DNA of 47,408 nt from Nanobdellota archaeon (GCA_030647325.1 JAUSJN010000054.1:1-47408), one strand, 5' to 3'. Shown: positions 33,778 through 44,080, counted from the first letter of the stretch. The notes: generated from the letters alone by a model not told the origin. Translations and numbers: made by a program.

Positions 33778-35121
33778 TTATGTCCTTCGCCATTTTCCAT
33801 CGATGATGTGGATCAATTGTACCCGGCCATTATCCCATAACATGGCATGGGTATTCATCCAGCTGCTCGGTCCGCTGGTATAATCTAAGCGTAGATCAGT
33901 ACTAGTTCCTACAATATAAGTATCCCTTAAAATTTCGGGAGTGTGGGTATGTCCGGTGACGCTCTTACCATAGGCATTTTCAATCCCCCGGATACCGCCT
34001 CTTGCTCCATTTGCACCCTGATCACCGTGCGCTCCTAACTGCCAGCCTCTTACTTTGTGATCCTGGTCTCGTTCTAAAAATTTGACATTCTTGGGAACTC
34101 CGCCGCACATCTCTAAGCCTACCTGCAAGGGGTTCTTTTCTTCCACCATTGCCGCAAACAACCTAGCACCAAGAGCAGCGTTATGAGGTTCATCCCGAAA
34201 TCTTACTTCTTCCAAGTATCGGTCTAAGAATTCATTATGGTTGCTGGCGACTAAAGCGATCTCGGTATTCTCTCCAGCCACTTCCGCAAAGGCATATAAT
34301 TCTCTGGAATTCATTTTTAATTCTTCTTCTAATGAGAGCCTTCCTTCCCTGGCCGCCCGGGCTCGCGAGCCTAATTTACCCTTTTCATGATGATTTACGC
34401 TGTGTCCATTAAAAAAATCATGCAGTACTATTCTTCGTGGTTTATATTCCTGGATCATCTCCCAAGTTGCTTTACGTACTTCTGCATTAGTGTCGCCCGT
34501 ATGCCAATCTCCCAAGATCAGAGCTTCTAATACTGCCTTTTCTGTTTCTTTTCCGCTATATTTTACTCCAAAATCTACAAATGGTCCATTCTTTTGGGCG
34601 GTAAGCTGGCGGTAATGATAATGTACATTATCTGCTATTTCAACAACTATCGCTCCATACACGTGATCATGGTCGGCGATGATTCCCTGACGGTTGTCAG
34701 TATTATAATTGGGCCTGGTCACTGCACCGGTAGTCATCAACATCTTGGGGAGAGTATTGTTACTGTTTGGCACGACTTTGAGGCGTTGTTTCGGGCTGGC
34801 AAAGATAGTACTCACGTCACTTTGAGGAAATCTTGCTAGTCCCGTGCTGGGGTCGATCATCTGCGGAAGGATAGGATAATTATGCACCTTTATTTTATCA
34901 TTTAACTTTGTTCCCATCTTGAAGCTGGTCTGATGAAGGTACTCCGTCAGCAACGGATCCATCATATCTTGGGTTATGTTCTTGCCTCTCATCGGCAATA
35001 CTAAAAGTTCCGCTTCGTGTTCAGAACAATATTTCTCTAAGCCCGCAAGAAAATCTTTATTGACCAGCCCATTATATTGGGCAGAAGTAATCACATATGT
35101 CTTAGCTTGATCTTTCCCCAT
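33778..35121 (-). CDS. Metallophosphoesterase, phage T5 A1-like family
   Basis: YVITSAQ N-terminal domain; LGDWH, HD.F.G, NHH, SNH, HGD.G.NG.RG, GHTH and VGTS...GPSSW. ATG 35121 has a GGGGTG RBS. Family assignment is from recall. Confidence 0.7.
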   Translation of the reverse strand: MGKDQAKTYVITSAQYNGLVNKDFLAGLEKYCSEHEAELLVLPMRGKNITQDMMDPLLTEYLHQTSFKMGTKLNDKIKVHNYPILPQMIDPSTGLARFPQSDVSTIFASPKQRLKVVPNSNNTLPKMLMTTGAVTRPNYNTDNRQGIIADHDHVYGAIVVEIADNVHYHYRQLTAQKNGPFVDFGVKYSGKETEKAVLEALILGDWHTGDTNAEVRKATWEMIQEYKPRRIVLHDFFNGHSVNHHEKGKLGSRARAAREGRLSLEEELKMNSRELYAFAEVAGENTEIALVASNHNEFLDRYLEEVRFRDEPHNAALGARLFAAMVEEKNPLQVGLEMCGGVPKNVKFLERDQDHKVRGWQLGAHGDQGANGARGGIRGIENAYGKSVTGHTHTPEILRDTYIVGTSTDLRLDYTSGPSSWMNTHAMLWDNGRVQLIHIIDGKWRRT

Positions 35122-35177
35122 CTCATCCACCCCTACTTCTTTTTTGTAACTAATACCTTGAATTATTTAAACTTGTG

Positions 35178-36239
35178 TTACCACTGAATCCTATAACCTG
35201 CGGAAAACAAAGGCGTAATATTTTTATCTTCATCTACGCGGACGCTCATGCTTACTGGAACTCTGCCAAAAAGCGTGACTTCGTTGGTCAACTCCCCGTA
35301 GAATGAACCTTCTATATCTACGCCCGGAACGTTATCTACCGAACCTCCGCTGGTACTATAATCCGTCTCTGAAATAGCAAAATCCATAACATACCCGCCG
35401 GATGCCCATAGGCCTAGAGAAATATCCTTTGCCTCCGGAGAACGAAGTCCTATATTTGCAGCATCATCCCCGGGTAAGTTTGCTTCTAATCCAAAATATC
35501 TGTATTCAAGGAAGGGGATAGCTAATTTTACTAACGTACTGGAAGTTTCCCCCTGTACGTCTGCTTCTTTCTCTCCCACGATGGGAACATCTACACTATA
35601 CTTTCGCTTTGAATTTGAATCTGGTAATTTTCCGTAACAGATATCTGCCCCCAGGCGGAATTCTGATCTCCTGGTAGAACTGCACTTTTTATGCTGATCC
35701 AAGAGGTAAGGCAATCCTCCAAATGCATAATGCTTCTTTTCTGGCGCTGCTCCAGGGGCGAGAGGCACAGTATAGTTGGGAACTCGTTCTGATAGATCCA
35801 GGACATCATTAGTAGACTCTCTCGGTGTAGGATCAGGGACCTGGCTTATTCCATCTAGGCCAAAATACAAAGTCCCGTCACATTCTTGGTTTAAGACTAT
35901 CTTTTGTCCGGCCTTTTCTGATCCCAAAAATGCGTCCCAGCCTTGTTTTCGGGGATCATCTGGATTTTTCTGGAAATAGTAATTAGTGCTGTTTTTTATT
36001 TTTCTGATAAGCAAGTCTCTACGTTCAGATATCTCTCGTTCACTCGGTCCTTTGGCTCCGACGGTAGCCCCTCCACGTGCCCGTACGCACAGCAGATTGA
36101 TATGGCCGCCCAAATCCTTGTCGTGCCGGGTGTTGGCATAGGCTACTTGTATCTGGGTATATGGCCGGCTGGCACATCCTGAGGTCAAGAGCGCCGCTAG
36201 AGAAAACGTCGTACTACTAAGCCATGTCTTTTGTCCCAT
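35178..36239 (-). CDS. Putative lipoprotein with beta-strand-rich C-terminus
   Basis: LAALLTSGC lipobox-like motif; ends in PLFSAGYRIQW; GGAG RBS before ATG 36239. Confidence 0.65.
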   Translation of the reverse strand: MGQKTWLSSTTFSLAALLTSGCASRPYTQIQVAYANTRHDKDLGGHINLLCVRARGGATVGAKGPSEREISERRDLLIRKIKNSTNYYFQKNPDDPRKQGWDAFLGSEKAGQKIVLNQECDGTLYFGLDGISQVPDPTPRESTNDVLDLSERVPNYTVPLAPGAAPEKKHYAFGGLPYLLDQHKKCSSTRRSEFRLGADICYGKLPDSNSKRKYSVDVPIVGEKEADVQGETSSTLVKLAIPFLEYRYFGLEANLPGDDAANIGLRSPEAKDISLGLWASGGYVMDFAISETDYSTSGGSVDNVPGVDIEGSFYGELTNEVTLFGRVPVSMSVRVDEDKNITPLFSAGYRIQW

Positions 36240-36385
36240 TGAATATTCTCCAAAACCTATCAATATTGCCCCTTAACTAATACTCACAACATTTAAATAT
36301 AAATACATTTCTATAATACTATATAGTTAATTGTACAAGTTATGCGGAACTATATGTTTCCCATAAAAACGCAAGGGTGGATACC

Positions 36386-37339
36386 ATGGACTATCGTAGA
36401 TTGATTTCATTTGGAAAAAGCAGTTTCGTCGTCTCATTACCTAAAGAGTGGATCGGCCAGAATAATCTTAAGAAAGGCGATCTGGTATATCTTCAGGAGT
36501 CTGGGCCGAACCTGCTTCTTAGCAAAAAAGACAGCGATGAGAAAGTAGAAGAACGGGAAAAAATAATCTATGTGGACGGAAAATCTGCCTATACTATAGG
36601 TAGGGAAGTATGTTCAACTTATATACAGAATTATCCAAGGATCATCTTACGCGGAAAAGAGATCAAGAATAAAGTCAAGGAACTGCAGGGGATAGTTCAG
36701 TCTCTGATCGCCTTGGAGATCATGGAGCAGACTTCTGATACCATCATCGCTAAAGATTTTCTGAATATGGATTCTGTCTCAGTGGAAGAACTCATCCGCA
36801 AGATGGATCTAGTAACTAGGACTATGATGAAAGAGGCGCAGCAGATCTTTGATGAAGACAATTATGAAAGTCTCAATGAGCGGGATCAAGACGTAAATCG
36901 GCTTTACTTTTTACTGTACCGGTCTATACTCTACAATTTGCGCAACCCCATGAAAGCATTGAAGAATTTCAAATTATCCGGATTAGACTTACTGCGGGCT
37001 CACTTTATGGGATTCTATATTGAAGCGATCGCTGATGAAGTGCGCAGGACCGCGCGCCATGCTCATACCTTAAAGATGCCTGCCGCGACCCAGGAACAAG
37101 TCCAGCAATATCTGGTGAAGATGCATGATTATTACACTACCACCATGAAAGCAGCCTACAATAAAGACACTGAATTAGCTTTCAAGCAAGCAGAATTGAA
37201 ACGCAGTTTTGACAAGGAACTTGAAATCCTCGAAGCAGAAGTGCAAAAAACACCTGGCTTCAATCGTGTTTTAACTCGATTGTTGAGGATGACCAGCCTG
37301 ATCCACAATCTGGGAAGAGTATTGTATACGATGCAGTGA
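36386..37339 (+). CDS. phoU: Archaeal PhoU-family regulator with N-terminal AbrB domain
   Basis: RRLISFGKSSFVVSLPKEW....LKKGD, ERDQDVNRLY and EAIAD. Confidence 0.85.
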   Translation: MDYRRLISFGKSSFVVSLPKEWIGQNNLKKGDLVYLQESGPNLLLSKKDSDEKVEEREKIIYVDGKSAYTIGREVCSTYIQNYPRIILRGKEIKNKVKELQGIVQSLIALEIMEQTSDTIIAKDFLNMDSVSVEELIRKMDLVTRTMMKEAQQIFDEDNYESLNERDQDVNRLYFLLYRSILYNLRNPMKALKNFKLSGLDLLRAHFMGFYIEAIADEVRRTARHAHTLKMPAATQEQVQQYLVKMHDYYTTTMKAAYNKDTELAFKQAELKRSFDKELEILEAEVQKTPGFNRVLTRLLRMTSLIHNLGRVLYTMQ

Positions 37340-37917
37340 TGTTTATGGATCGGAATAAACATTTCTTGTTAGCTGCCTCTTTTCTGGGAACATTCAGTTG
37401 TCTCCCTTCTACTGTCCCTAAAACTGAAATAACCATTCCGGGGTCAAGAGATACTGTTCAAATGATAGATAATGGCTACAGTGCAACAAGTTCAGTTCCT
37501 CCATGGTCAGAATTAACTCAAAAGATATCGAAAGAATGCAGTAGCAAGATGTGCGAATTTTATTTTCCTGAAGAATCAATGGTTATGGTTTATTACTTTG
37601 GAACTAGGTGCATATCTGCTACTTTAAAAGAAAAAGAATGTTTAGAGGTTATGGTTGGTTTATATGAAGGCGAAGAAATTTCTATGGCTTCTCTGATGAC
37701 AGACTATCAACCGTTCGGTTCAGTCGACAATGTGCTTCTTGTTAAAGCTACAGATGATATAGTTGAGGTTAGTTCAGACAAATTAAAACCGTTTGATCTG
37801 CTTTATGAACGGTCTATATCAGCCGGGTTTTCTTACAATGGAAGGAATTTTGTTTCGCCGCAGGATTTACGGGAAATTCACCAAAAAGCGTTCCACCAAT
37901 ATTTTGTTGTGCAGTAG
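37336..37917 (+). CDS. Hypothetical secreted protein/lipoprotein
   Basis: FLLAASFLGTFSC N-terminus; additional Cys residues. Confidence 0.65.
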   Translation: MMFMDRNKHFLLAASFLGTFSCLPSTVPKTEITIPGSRDTVQMIDNGYSATSSVPPWSELTQKISKECSSKMCEFYFPEESMVMVYYFGTRCISATLKEKECLEVMVGLYEGEEISMASLMTDYQPFGSVDNVLLVKATDDIVEVSSDKLKPFDLLYERSISAGFSYNGRNFVSPQDLREIHQKAFHQYFVVQ

Positions 37918-37946
37918 AAAAAAAGGTGGTTTATTTTTTGACAGTT

Positions 37947-38447
37947 TTATAACAGATCTTCAACACGCAATAAACTTTCTACTGGCACCGACAATTGTCC
38001 TTCTCCTCGCTTGACAAAGACATAACATCCTACTATTTCAGCTCCGGTGGGGGTGATGATATTAATGACTTTTTGTAAAGTTCTGCCGGTAGTGAAGACA
38101 TCATCAACGATGGCTACCCTGTCGCCTTCCGAAGGAACATATCCATCTATATATTTCAGAAGACCATGATCTTTGAGTTCCGTCCGTACTAAGGATAGAT
38201 TTCGTTTATATAACACTGACAATGCCCCGGCTAAAGGCAGTCCGCCATGCCCGGAAGCAGCGATGCAGTTGGTCCGGTTTGGTATTTTTTCACCCAGGCG
38301 CTTGGCCATCAAATCAAAGGCCTCTGCATCACCGTACGCTTTTTTGATATCAATGTAATAATCGGAAGGCCCGGCATGGCTAAGTTCAACTTCTCCGCGA
38401 TGGACAATTTTTAATTGTTTTAATCGAGTGATCAAATCGTCTTGCAT
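37947..38447 (-). CDS. pyrE: Orotate phosphoribosyltransferase
   Basis: LSHAGPSDYYIDIK, VR...KDHG and IVDDVFTTG PRPP loop. Confidence 0.88.
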   Translation of the reverse strand: MQDDLITRLKQLKIVHRGEVELSHAGPSDYYIDIKKAYGDAEAFDLMAKRLGEKIPNRTNCIAASGHGGLPLAGALSVLYKRNLSLVRTELKDHGLLKYIDGYVPSEGDRVAIVDDVFTTGRTLQKVINIITPTGAEIVGCYVFVKRGEGQLSVPVESLLRVEDLL

Positions 38448-38521
38448 ATTTATCTGAAGAAGCAGTAGATTTTATATCTTTTGGTTGAGGATTTTTGCTC
38501 TTTAATTGACATTAACTATCC

Positions 38522-39097
38522 TTAAATTCCTTGTAATATGTACTTCACACCCCAGGTCAAGGTGATCAATCCTAAAATCGTAGATATGACTTGGATGGTG
38601 GTTCTTCCCAGGATCCGATTAGTCCGTCTGGTATTGTAAAAAAGTATTGCCGTCCCAAATAAGACCATGCCGACCGCTAACCCAGTGACGATTTTACCAT
38701 AATTGTTGGCAGAGACAATAATAGAAGTAATTGCTGCTGGACCAGTCAGCAAGGGAGTACCGATGATGGAAGCGATAGCCCAGGTAGAATCGCCTTTTAC
38801 TCGTTCTACATCCACTAAAGAGTATCCTAGAACCATCTTTAACCCTAAGATTCCCAGCACGATGCCGCCGGCCACCTGAAATTCTTTTATATTCATATTA
38901 AACAGTTGCAATAATCCCTGTCCAAAAAGCAACACCAGAAAAGATATGGTAGCTGCAACGATCACGGCGATGGTCGCGGTCCTGCGGCGCTCTTTTTCCT
39001 GCATCGAACTGGTAGCGACCGTAAAGATCACAAAACTAGCCAAAGGATCAAATATCACGAAGAAGAGGATCAACAATTGGAAGAAAGGACTGACCAT
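38522..39097 (-). CDS. MarC family membrane protein
   Basis: FVIFDPL, FQVAGGIVL and TPLLTGPAAIT. Confidence 0.9.
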   Translation of the reverse strand: MVSPFFQLLILFFVIFDPLASFVIFTVATSSMQEKERRRTATIAVIVAATISFLVLLFGQGLLQLFNMNIKEFQVAGGIVLGILGLKMVLGYSLVDVERVKGDSTWAIASIIGTPLLTGPAAITSIIVSANNYGKIVTGLAVGMVLFGTAILFYNTRRTNRILGRTTIQVISTILGLITLTWGVKYILQGI

Positions 39098-39136
39098 TAT
39101 AGCATGGATAGATCAGAAGTTTAAAATGTTTTGCAT

Positions 39137-39589
39137 CTATTCTTCATGTATCACAATCAGCGACTGGGTCTTATCGATCCCTTCGATCCTCTGTAACTTG
39201 GTAAGCAGCACCTGATCGAACTCCGCCACGTCTTTCACCCGCAGCATGGCCACGATATCCGTCCCCCCAGAAACGATGTCCACCCGTTCCACAAAGGGAA
39301 AATGGCGGATCTCTTTGGCCACGTTGTATTGTGATTTATTTTTCTGCTTGAGCAAAGAAAGATCGACCGAGACCAACACATATGCTCTGAATCCTTCTTG
39401 TAATTTATGATAATCTAGATCAACAGTAAATCTCTTGATGATTTTCTCCCTTTTTAACTTCTGGATGCGGTTGTGTACGGTAGTGATCGGCAATCCGGTC
39501 TTTTTGGCGATCTGCCTGGTAGCATGATCGGCATGTTCTTGCAGCACTTCCAGGATCTTACGGTCCTTCTCGTCGATTTCAGTTTTCAT
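39137..39589 (-). CDS. Lrp/AsnC family transcriptional regulator
   Basis: IDEKDRKIL, IAKKTGLPITTVHNRIQKL and VSGGTD. Confidence 0.93.
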   Translation of the reverse strand: MKTEIDEKDRKILEVLQEHADHATRQIAKKTGLPITTVHNRIQKLKREKIIKRFTVDLDYHKLQEGFRAYVLVSVDLSLLKQKNKSQYNVAKEIRHFPFVERVDIVSGGTDIVAMLRVKDVAEFDQVLLTKLQRIEGIDKTQSLIVIHEE

Positions 39590-39590
39590 G

Positions 39591-39608
39591 ATGGAACAAA
39601 TGTTCCAT
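39591..39608. promoter_or_regulatory. Palindromic putative operator
   Basis: ATGGAACA-aa-TGTTCCAT between the Lrp TATA box (about 39611-39620) and its start codon. Confidence 0.55.
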
Positions 39609-39708
39609 TTTTATATAAATATTTCGCAATTATTGGAATATTTTTCATTATTTTCGGAATAAATATATTAAGAAGATAGTTTAATTAATTCTTGAACTTA
39701 ATAAAAAA

Positions 39709-40596
39709 ATGGAACTAGAACAACTCCTTACCCAGAGCTCTCGGAAAGAATATCCTTATGAACTTCCTAGCTGCGCTGAGAAATTAAACTATTGGAAAAG
39801 CAATGGATTTAAAGATCAATTGCCTCATCTTGGAATGATCAAGACTATTCTCTTTGCTTATCGACGCGAGGGTCAAGAAAATTATATCTTAGCTTCAACT
39901 CTGGGTCAGAAAAAAATTGATCTCTCTGAATTGGCGGCAGAACTGGGATTATCTGCTGCTGAAGCTGACACTCTTGATCATAATATTGATGACGCTACCA
40001 TAGAAAAAGTCACCGGGAGAAAGCGTGGAGCGGTAAGTCCCTTCGCACCTAAGCTAGATGTTGTTGAGACCATCTATTTTTCCAGAGATCTACTGGAAGA
40101 CCTTACCGAGAATCCCCTTAAAGAATATGATATCCCCTTATCGTTGACTACTTCAATATTTGTAAAGGGCGCTGATCTTTATACCTTCTTACGACAAAAT
40201 CCAACGTATAAGATTCCTGCCTTTCAAGAGCCAGCAGGATTAACAGAAACAGGACCAGTTATAGATGACCTAGTATTAGAAGTAGCAGAATGGAAGGTCA
40301 AAGAAGTAGATTCTTCTCAAGCAGGTTATGCCCATCTTTTTACCGGAACGAGGGTAAAATATGACGGACAAGAATATGAAATTAAAAATCCTCGGCATCG
40401 GAAAGAAGGAATAATGAGAAGACGAAAGAAAATTGACACTGTCGCCTTACCGATTTCCAGAGTTGAAGGAAAAGTTAACTACCAATATGCCGAGCGTGGG
40501 AGAAAAAGAGTGCTGCTGCCGATTGATTATGAGACTTTAGAAAAAGTATATTTAAATGAGCGCGATCTTTTTCAGATCAGAAATAAAATAAGATAG
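39709..40596 (+). CDS. YbaK/ProX-like tRNA-editing domain fused to an unknown C-terminal domain
   Basis: IKTILF, KIDLSELA and VTGRKRGAVSPF. Confidence 0.7.
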   Translation: MELEQLLTQSSRKEYPYELPSCAEKLNYWKSNGFKDQLPHLGMIKTILFAYRREGQENYILASTLGQKKIDLSELAAELGLSAAEADTLDHNIDDATIEKVTGRKRGAVSPFAPKLDVVETIYFSRDLLEDLTENPLKEYDIPLSLTTSIFVKGADLYTFLRQNPTYKIPAFQEPAGLTETGPVIDDLVLEVAEWKVKEVDSSQAGYAHLFTGTRVKYDGQEYEIKNPRHRKEGIMRRRKKIDTVALPISRVEGKVNYQYAERGRKRVLLPIDYETLEKVYLNERDLFQIRNKIR

Positions 40597-40598
40597 AC

Positions 40599-40976
40599 TC
40601 ATTTAATCCTGTGAAGATAGATCGTTCGACCATCCGGGTCATAAACTCTTGCACCATAGGAGAACATCTCTACTTTATCATGAGTATATTTTTTGACCCT
40701 TTCAAGAGTTTCTTCCAGATTATGGGTATTAAAAATAAAACTTGGATCAGAAAAATTAAAAGATACTGTTGATGATAAAGGCATCTTGGTCTTGGGCGGA
40801 GGATATAATTCCAGAAGCAGACCTGCTTCCAGATGGCCGGCATAATGTTTCGGCCCGTCTCCATGTTTCTCTTCCCTAAATTTTATCCCTAGCAAGGCTT
40901 CGTAAAAATCACGTGATTCTTCCAGCTTTGGCGAATGAAGAACAAGTCCTTCTAATTGTCCGTATTCTCTTTTCAT
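40599..40976 (-). CDS. VOC/glyoxalase family protein
   Basis: LEESRDFYEALLG, EKHGDGPKHYA, LELYP and DPDGR. Confidence 0.88.
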   Translation of the reverse strand: MKREYGQLEGLVLHSPKLEESRDFYEALLGIKFREEKHGDGPKHYAGHLEAGLLLELYPPPKTKMPLSSTVSFNFSDPSFIFNTHNLEETLERVKKYTHDKVEMFSYGARVYDPDGRTIYLHRIK

Positions 40977-41080
40977 GCTCCTTTCTAAGGGTTACTCATA
41001 TAAATATTTTTCTTCTCTCAGTACTCTCGGTTAGACTTTCACAAAAACATTTTTATACCCTACCCTTATCCACGATACTC

Positions 41081-42379
41081 ATGGTTCAATACCTCTCTAT
41101 CCAAGAAGCGATGAACAAAGGGTCGGGCAAAGTCTCGGTCAGAGGCTGGATCCATCGCGAACGAGGCAGCAATAAACTTAAGTTTGTGGTGCTCAGGGAT
41201 TCCAGCAACCTTATCCAGTGTGTTTTTGAAAGAGGAAAATTTGACAAAAGATGGGAAGAGATCGATCATCTGCAGGTTGAAAGTTCTCTGGAAATCACCG
41301 GACAGATAAAAAAAGATGACCGCGCCCCTACCGGGCATGAGATCCAGGTAGAATCATACACCCTGGTCGGCGCCAGTGAAAACTTTCCGATCGGAAAAGA
41401 CCAATCTATCGAATTCTTGGCTGACAACCGCCATCTATGGCTGCGCAGCCAACGCATGATCGCTATCTTGAAGATCCGCAGTACTGTTTTCAACGCTATC
41501 CATGAATATTTCCGCAGCCAAGGATTTTTTGAATATCACTCTCCTATTTTTCAGGCGGTGCAGGCCGAAGGAGGAGCGGAATTATTCAGTGTTGATTATT
41601 TTGGTAAGAAAGACGTCTTCTTGGCCCAGACCTGGCAGCTCTATGCCGAACCAGCTATCTTCGCCTTAGAAAAGATTTATACTATCTCCCCCAGCTTCCG
41701 CGCGGAGAAAAGCAAGACATCCCGGCATCTGACAGAATACTGGCATGCGGAGATGGAGATGGCCTGGGCAGAATTTAAAGATATACAAGATCATGCTGAA
41801 GGATTGATCAAGCACGTCGTAAAGAAAGTTTTAGAACATCACCAGAGAGAATTAGAACAGGTAGGCCGTGATGCAAAATTGCTAGAACCGTCTGTAAAGA
41901 AGCCATTCGTGCGCATGACCTATGATGAAGCGCTTCAAATTCTCGATAAGAAATGCAAGATGAAAGTACAGTGGGGCAAAGACCTGCGGACTATCGAAGA
42001 AGAGAAATTGACCAAATTGTATGACGTTCCGGTCATCGTAACCCATTATCCTAAAGTTGTCAAAGCATTCTATATGACCGAAGATCCCAAGAATCCGAAA
42101 ACAGTACAAGGCTGCGACGTACTTGCTCCTGAAGGCTATGGAGAAATAGTTGGCGGTTCGCATCGGGAACATGATCTGGAAAAAATTAAAAAGAGATTAG
42201 TTGCGCAGGGAGAGGATCCCACACAATACGAATTTTACTTAGACACCCGACGTTATGGTAGTGTTCCGCACGGCGGGTTTGGCATGGGTGTAGAACGATT
42301 GATCGCCTGGATCTGCGGATTGGAAACGGTCAAAGACGCAATTCCTTTCCCGAGGACCATGGAACGATATAAGCCGTAG
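41081..42379 (+). CDS. asnS: Asparagine--tRNA ligase
   Basis: VRGWI, NRHLWLRS, EGGAELF, FRAEKSKTSRHLTEYW, GEIVGGS.RE and PHGGFGMGVER. True start is ATG 41081 after a TTTTATA box. Confidence 0.94.
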   Translation: MVQYLSIQEAMNKGSGKVSVRGWIHRERGSNKLKFVVLRDSSNLIQCVFERGKFDKRWEEIDHLQVESSLEITGQIKKDDRAPTGHEIQVESYTLVGASENFPIGKDQSIEFLADNRHLWLRSQRMIAILKIRSTVFNAIHEYFRSQGFFEYHSPIFQAVQAEGGAELFSVDYFGKKDVFLAQTWQLYAEPAIFALEKIYTISPSFRAEKSKTSRHLTEYWHAEMEMAWAEFKDIQDHAEGLIKHVVKKVLEHHQRELEQVGRDAKLLEPSVKKPFVRMTYDEALQILDKKCKMKVQWGKDLRTIEEEKLTKLYDVPVIVTHYPKVVKAFYMTEDPKNPKTVQGCDVLAPEGYGEIVGGSHREHDLEKIKKRLVAQGEDPTQYEFYLDTRRYGSVPHGGFGMGVERLIAWICGLETVKDAIPFPRTMERYKP

Positions 42380-42400
42380 AGAATCTTACTTTAAATCATC

Positions 42401-44080
42401 TCACTTCTTCCCTTTCTTTCCTTTCAGTAACTCTTTCTCAATATGCTCCAGCGCCATCTGCGTATTCTCAAACATCAATAATTGTTTCTTATGCTCTCCT
42501 TTCATCAAGGTCTGGAATTCATGATCTTTCAATAGGATCTTCTTGACTTTTTCATCCACGCCGGTTAAGATGACGATGCTGTTATGCTTTTCCTGCTTCC
42601 GGATAAATTCTACCAGGCGCACTACCCCGGTGCTGTCAATAAAAGGGACATACTTCATCCGCAACACTACAAATGGTTTCTTGATCTGCAGATGTTCATC
42701 GATCTTATGGTCAAACACGTTCATGGCGCCGAAGAAGAAAGGGCCATTGATAGTATACACGCTTACGTTCTCTTTCAGCTGAGGATTGGCATTGACAAGC
42801 GTATTGATCTTGGTATCCTTTGGATATTCTTCCATATGGCTAATTTCAATAATATTAGTCAGTTCTATGAATAACAGGAGGATTGCTAATACCATCCCAA
42901 CCTGAACTGCGACTACCAAATCAGTCAGCACAGTTAAGGCAAAAGTAACCACTAATACCGCTGTATCCAGCCAGCTCAATCTGAACACAGTCTTGAACTC
43001 TTGAACATTCATCATTTTTACGGCAACCACTATCAGGACTCCCGCTAAAAATGCTTTAGGGATTTTCTCCGCAAGAGGAGCGAGGAATAGCAAAGTGCAT
43101 AGTAAAAATAATCCATGAATAACTCCAGCATACCGTGTCTTTGCCCCTTCACGGATATTGACCGCGCTTCTAGCGACTGCTGCGGTTGCGGCCATCCCGC
43201 CGAAGAAAGGCATAACCACATTTACCGCGCCCTGCGTCACTAATTCACGGTTGCTGTTGTGCTTGGTCCCAGTCATGCCATCGCAGACTACGGCGCACAA
43301 TAATGCTTCGATTGAACCTAATAAGGCGATAGTAAAGGCTGAGGGAAGAACATTTTTTACCAGTTCCCAGGAAAAATTTAAGTTGGAGAGGGAAGGCAAG
43401 CCTTGAGGGATTTCGCCGACCACAGGGATATTCAATGCTAAAAATACAGCTAAGACCGTGAACAAAATCAAGGCGATGATAGAAGCAGGAATATTTTTTG
43501 TAAATTTATTTTTTGACAAAATTTTCGGCAGGAATACCAACAATAAGACTGTTCCTAGGGTGATACAGAGTGCTGCTATCTCTGCATTAGGAATATTGAT
43601 AAAAATCTGCGAAACAGTCTGCCAGACATGTTCCTGCGGTTCAAGTTTCAATCCTAAGGCATTACCGAGCTGCCCGATGAAGATGATCGCGCCGATACCA
43701 GCGGTAAATCCGGAGATAAGAGGCATAGGAAGATACTTTACCACTTTGCCGACTCTCAACAGTCCAAACCCAATCTGAAAGATTCCTGCCAGAAGTCCCG
43801 CGACAAGTAATCCTTCAATGCCAAATTTTGTGACGGTGCTGAGAATCAATACTACCATGGCTCCGGTCGGACCAGTGACAGAAAAAATGGATCCGCCAAA
43901 TAAAGAACCTAAGATTCCCGCCATTATCGCGGTATAGAGCCCCATCACCGGCGGAACTCCGGAAGCGATGGCAAACGCCAGTGCTAACGGTAATGCAACG
44001 ACAGCAGTGATGAAACCGGCTTTGAGATCGTACAGAAAATTCTGCCTGAAATAGGTTTTCAGTTGATTTTTATACTCCAT
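42401..44080 (-). CDS. SulP/SLC26 anion transporter with STAS domain
   Basis: DLKAG...VALPLALAFAIASG, GPTGA, GPFFFGA and IDSTG. Confidence 0.95.
   Translation of the reverse strand: MEYKNQLKTYFRQNFLYDLKAGFITAVVALPLALAFAIASGVPPVMGLYTAIMAGILGSLFGGSIFSVTGPTGAMVVLILSTVTKFGIEGLLVAGLLAGIFQIGFGLLRVGKVVKYLPMPLISGFTAGIGAIIFIGQLGNALGLKLEPQEHVWQTVSQIFINIPNAEIAALCITLGTVLLLVFLPKILSKNKFTKNIPASIIALILFTVLAVFLALNIPVVGEIPQGLPSLSNLNFSWELVKNVLPSAFTIALLGSIEALLCAVVCDGMTGTKHNSNRELVTQGAVNVVMPFFGGMAATAAVARSAVNIREGAKTRYAGVIHGLFLLCTLLFLAPLAEKIPKAFLAGVLIVVAVKMMNVQEFKTVFRLSWLDTAVLVVTFALTVLTDLVVAVQVGMVLAILLLFIELTNIIEISHMEEYPKDTKINTLVNANPQLKENVSVYTINGPFFFGAMNVFDHKIDEHLQIKKPFVVLRMKYVPFIDSTGVVRLVEFIRKQEKHNSIVILTGVDEKVKKILLKDHEFQTLMKGEHKKQLLMFENTQMALEHIEKELLKGKKGKK

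Noticed and set aside
32940..36263. Prophage or provirus
   Set aside because: Only one phage-like gene; no integrase, capsid, terminase or att repeats.
40913..41080. 56-aa N-terminal extension of AsnRS from the ORF track
   Set aside because: It overlaps the divergent VOC gene and promoters; the TATA box supports ATG 41081.
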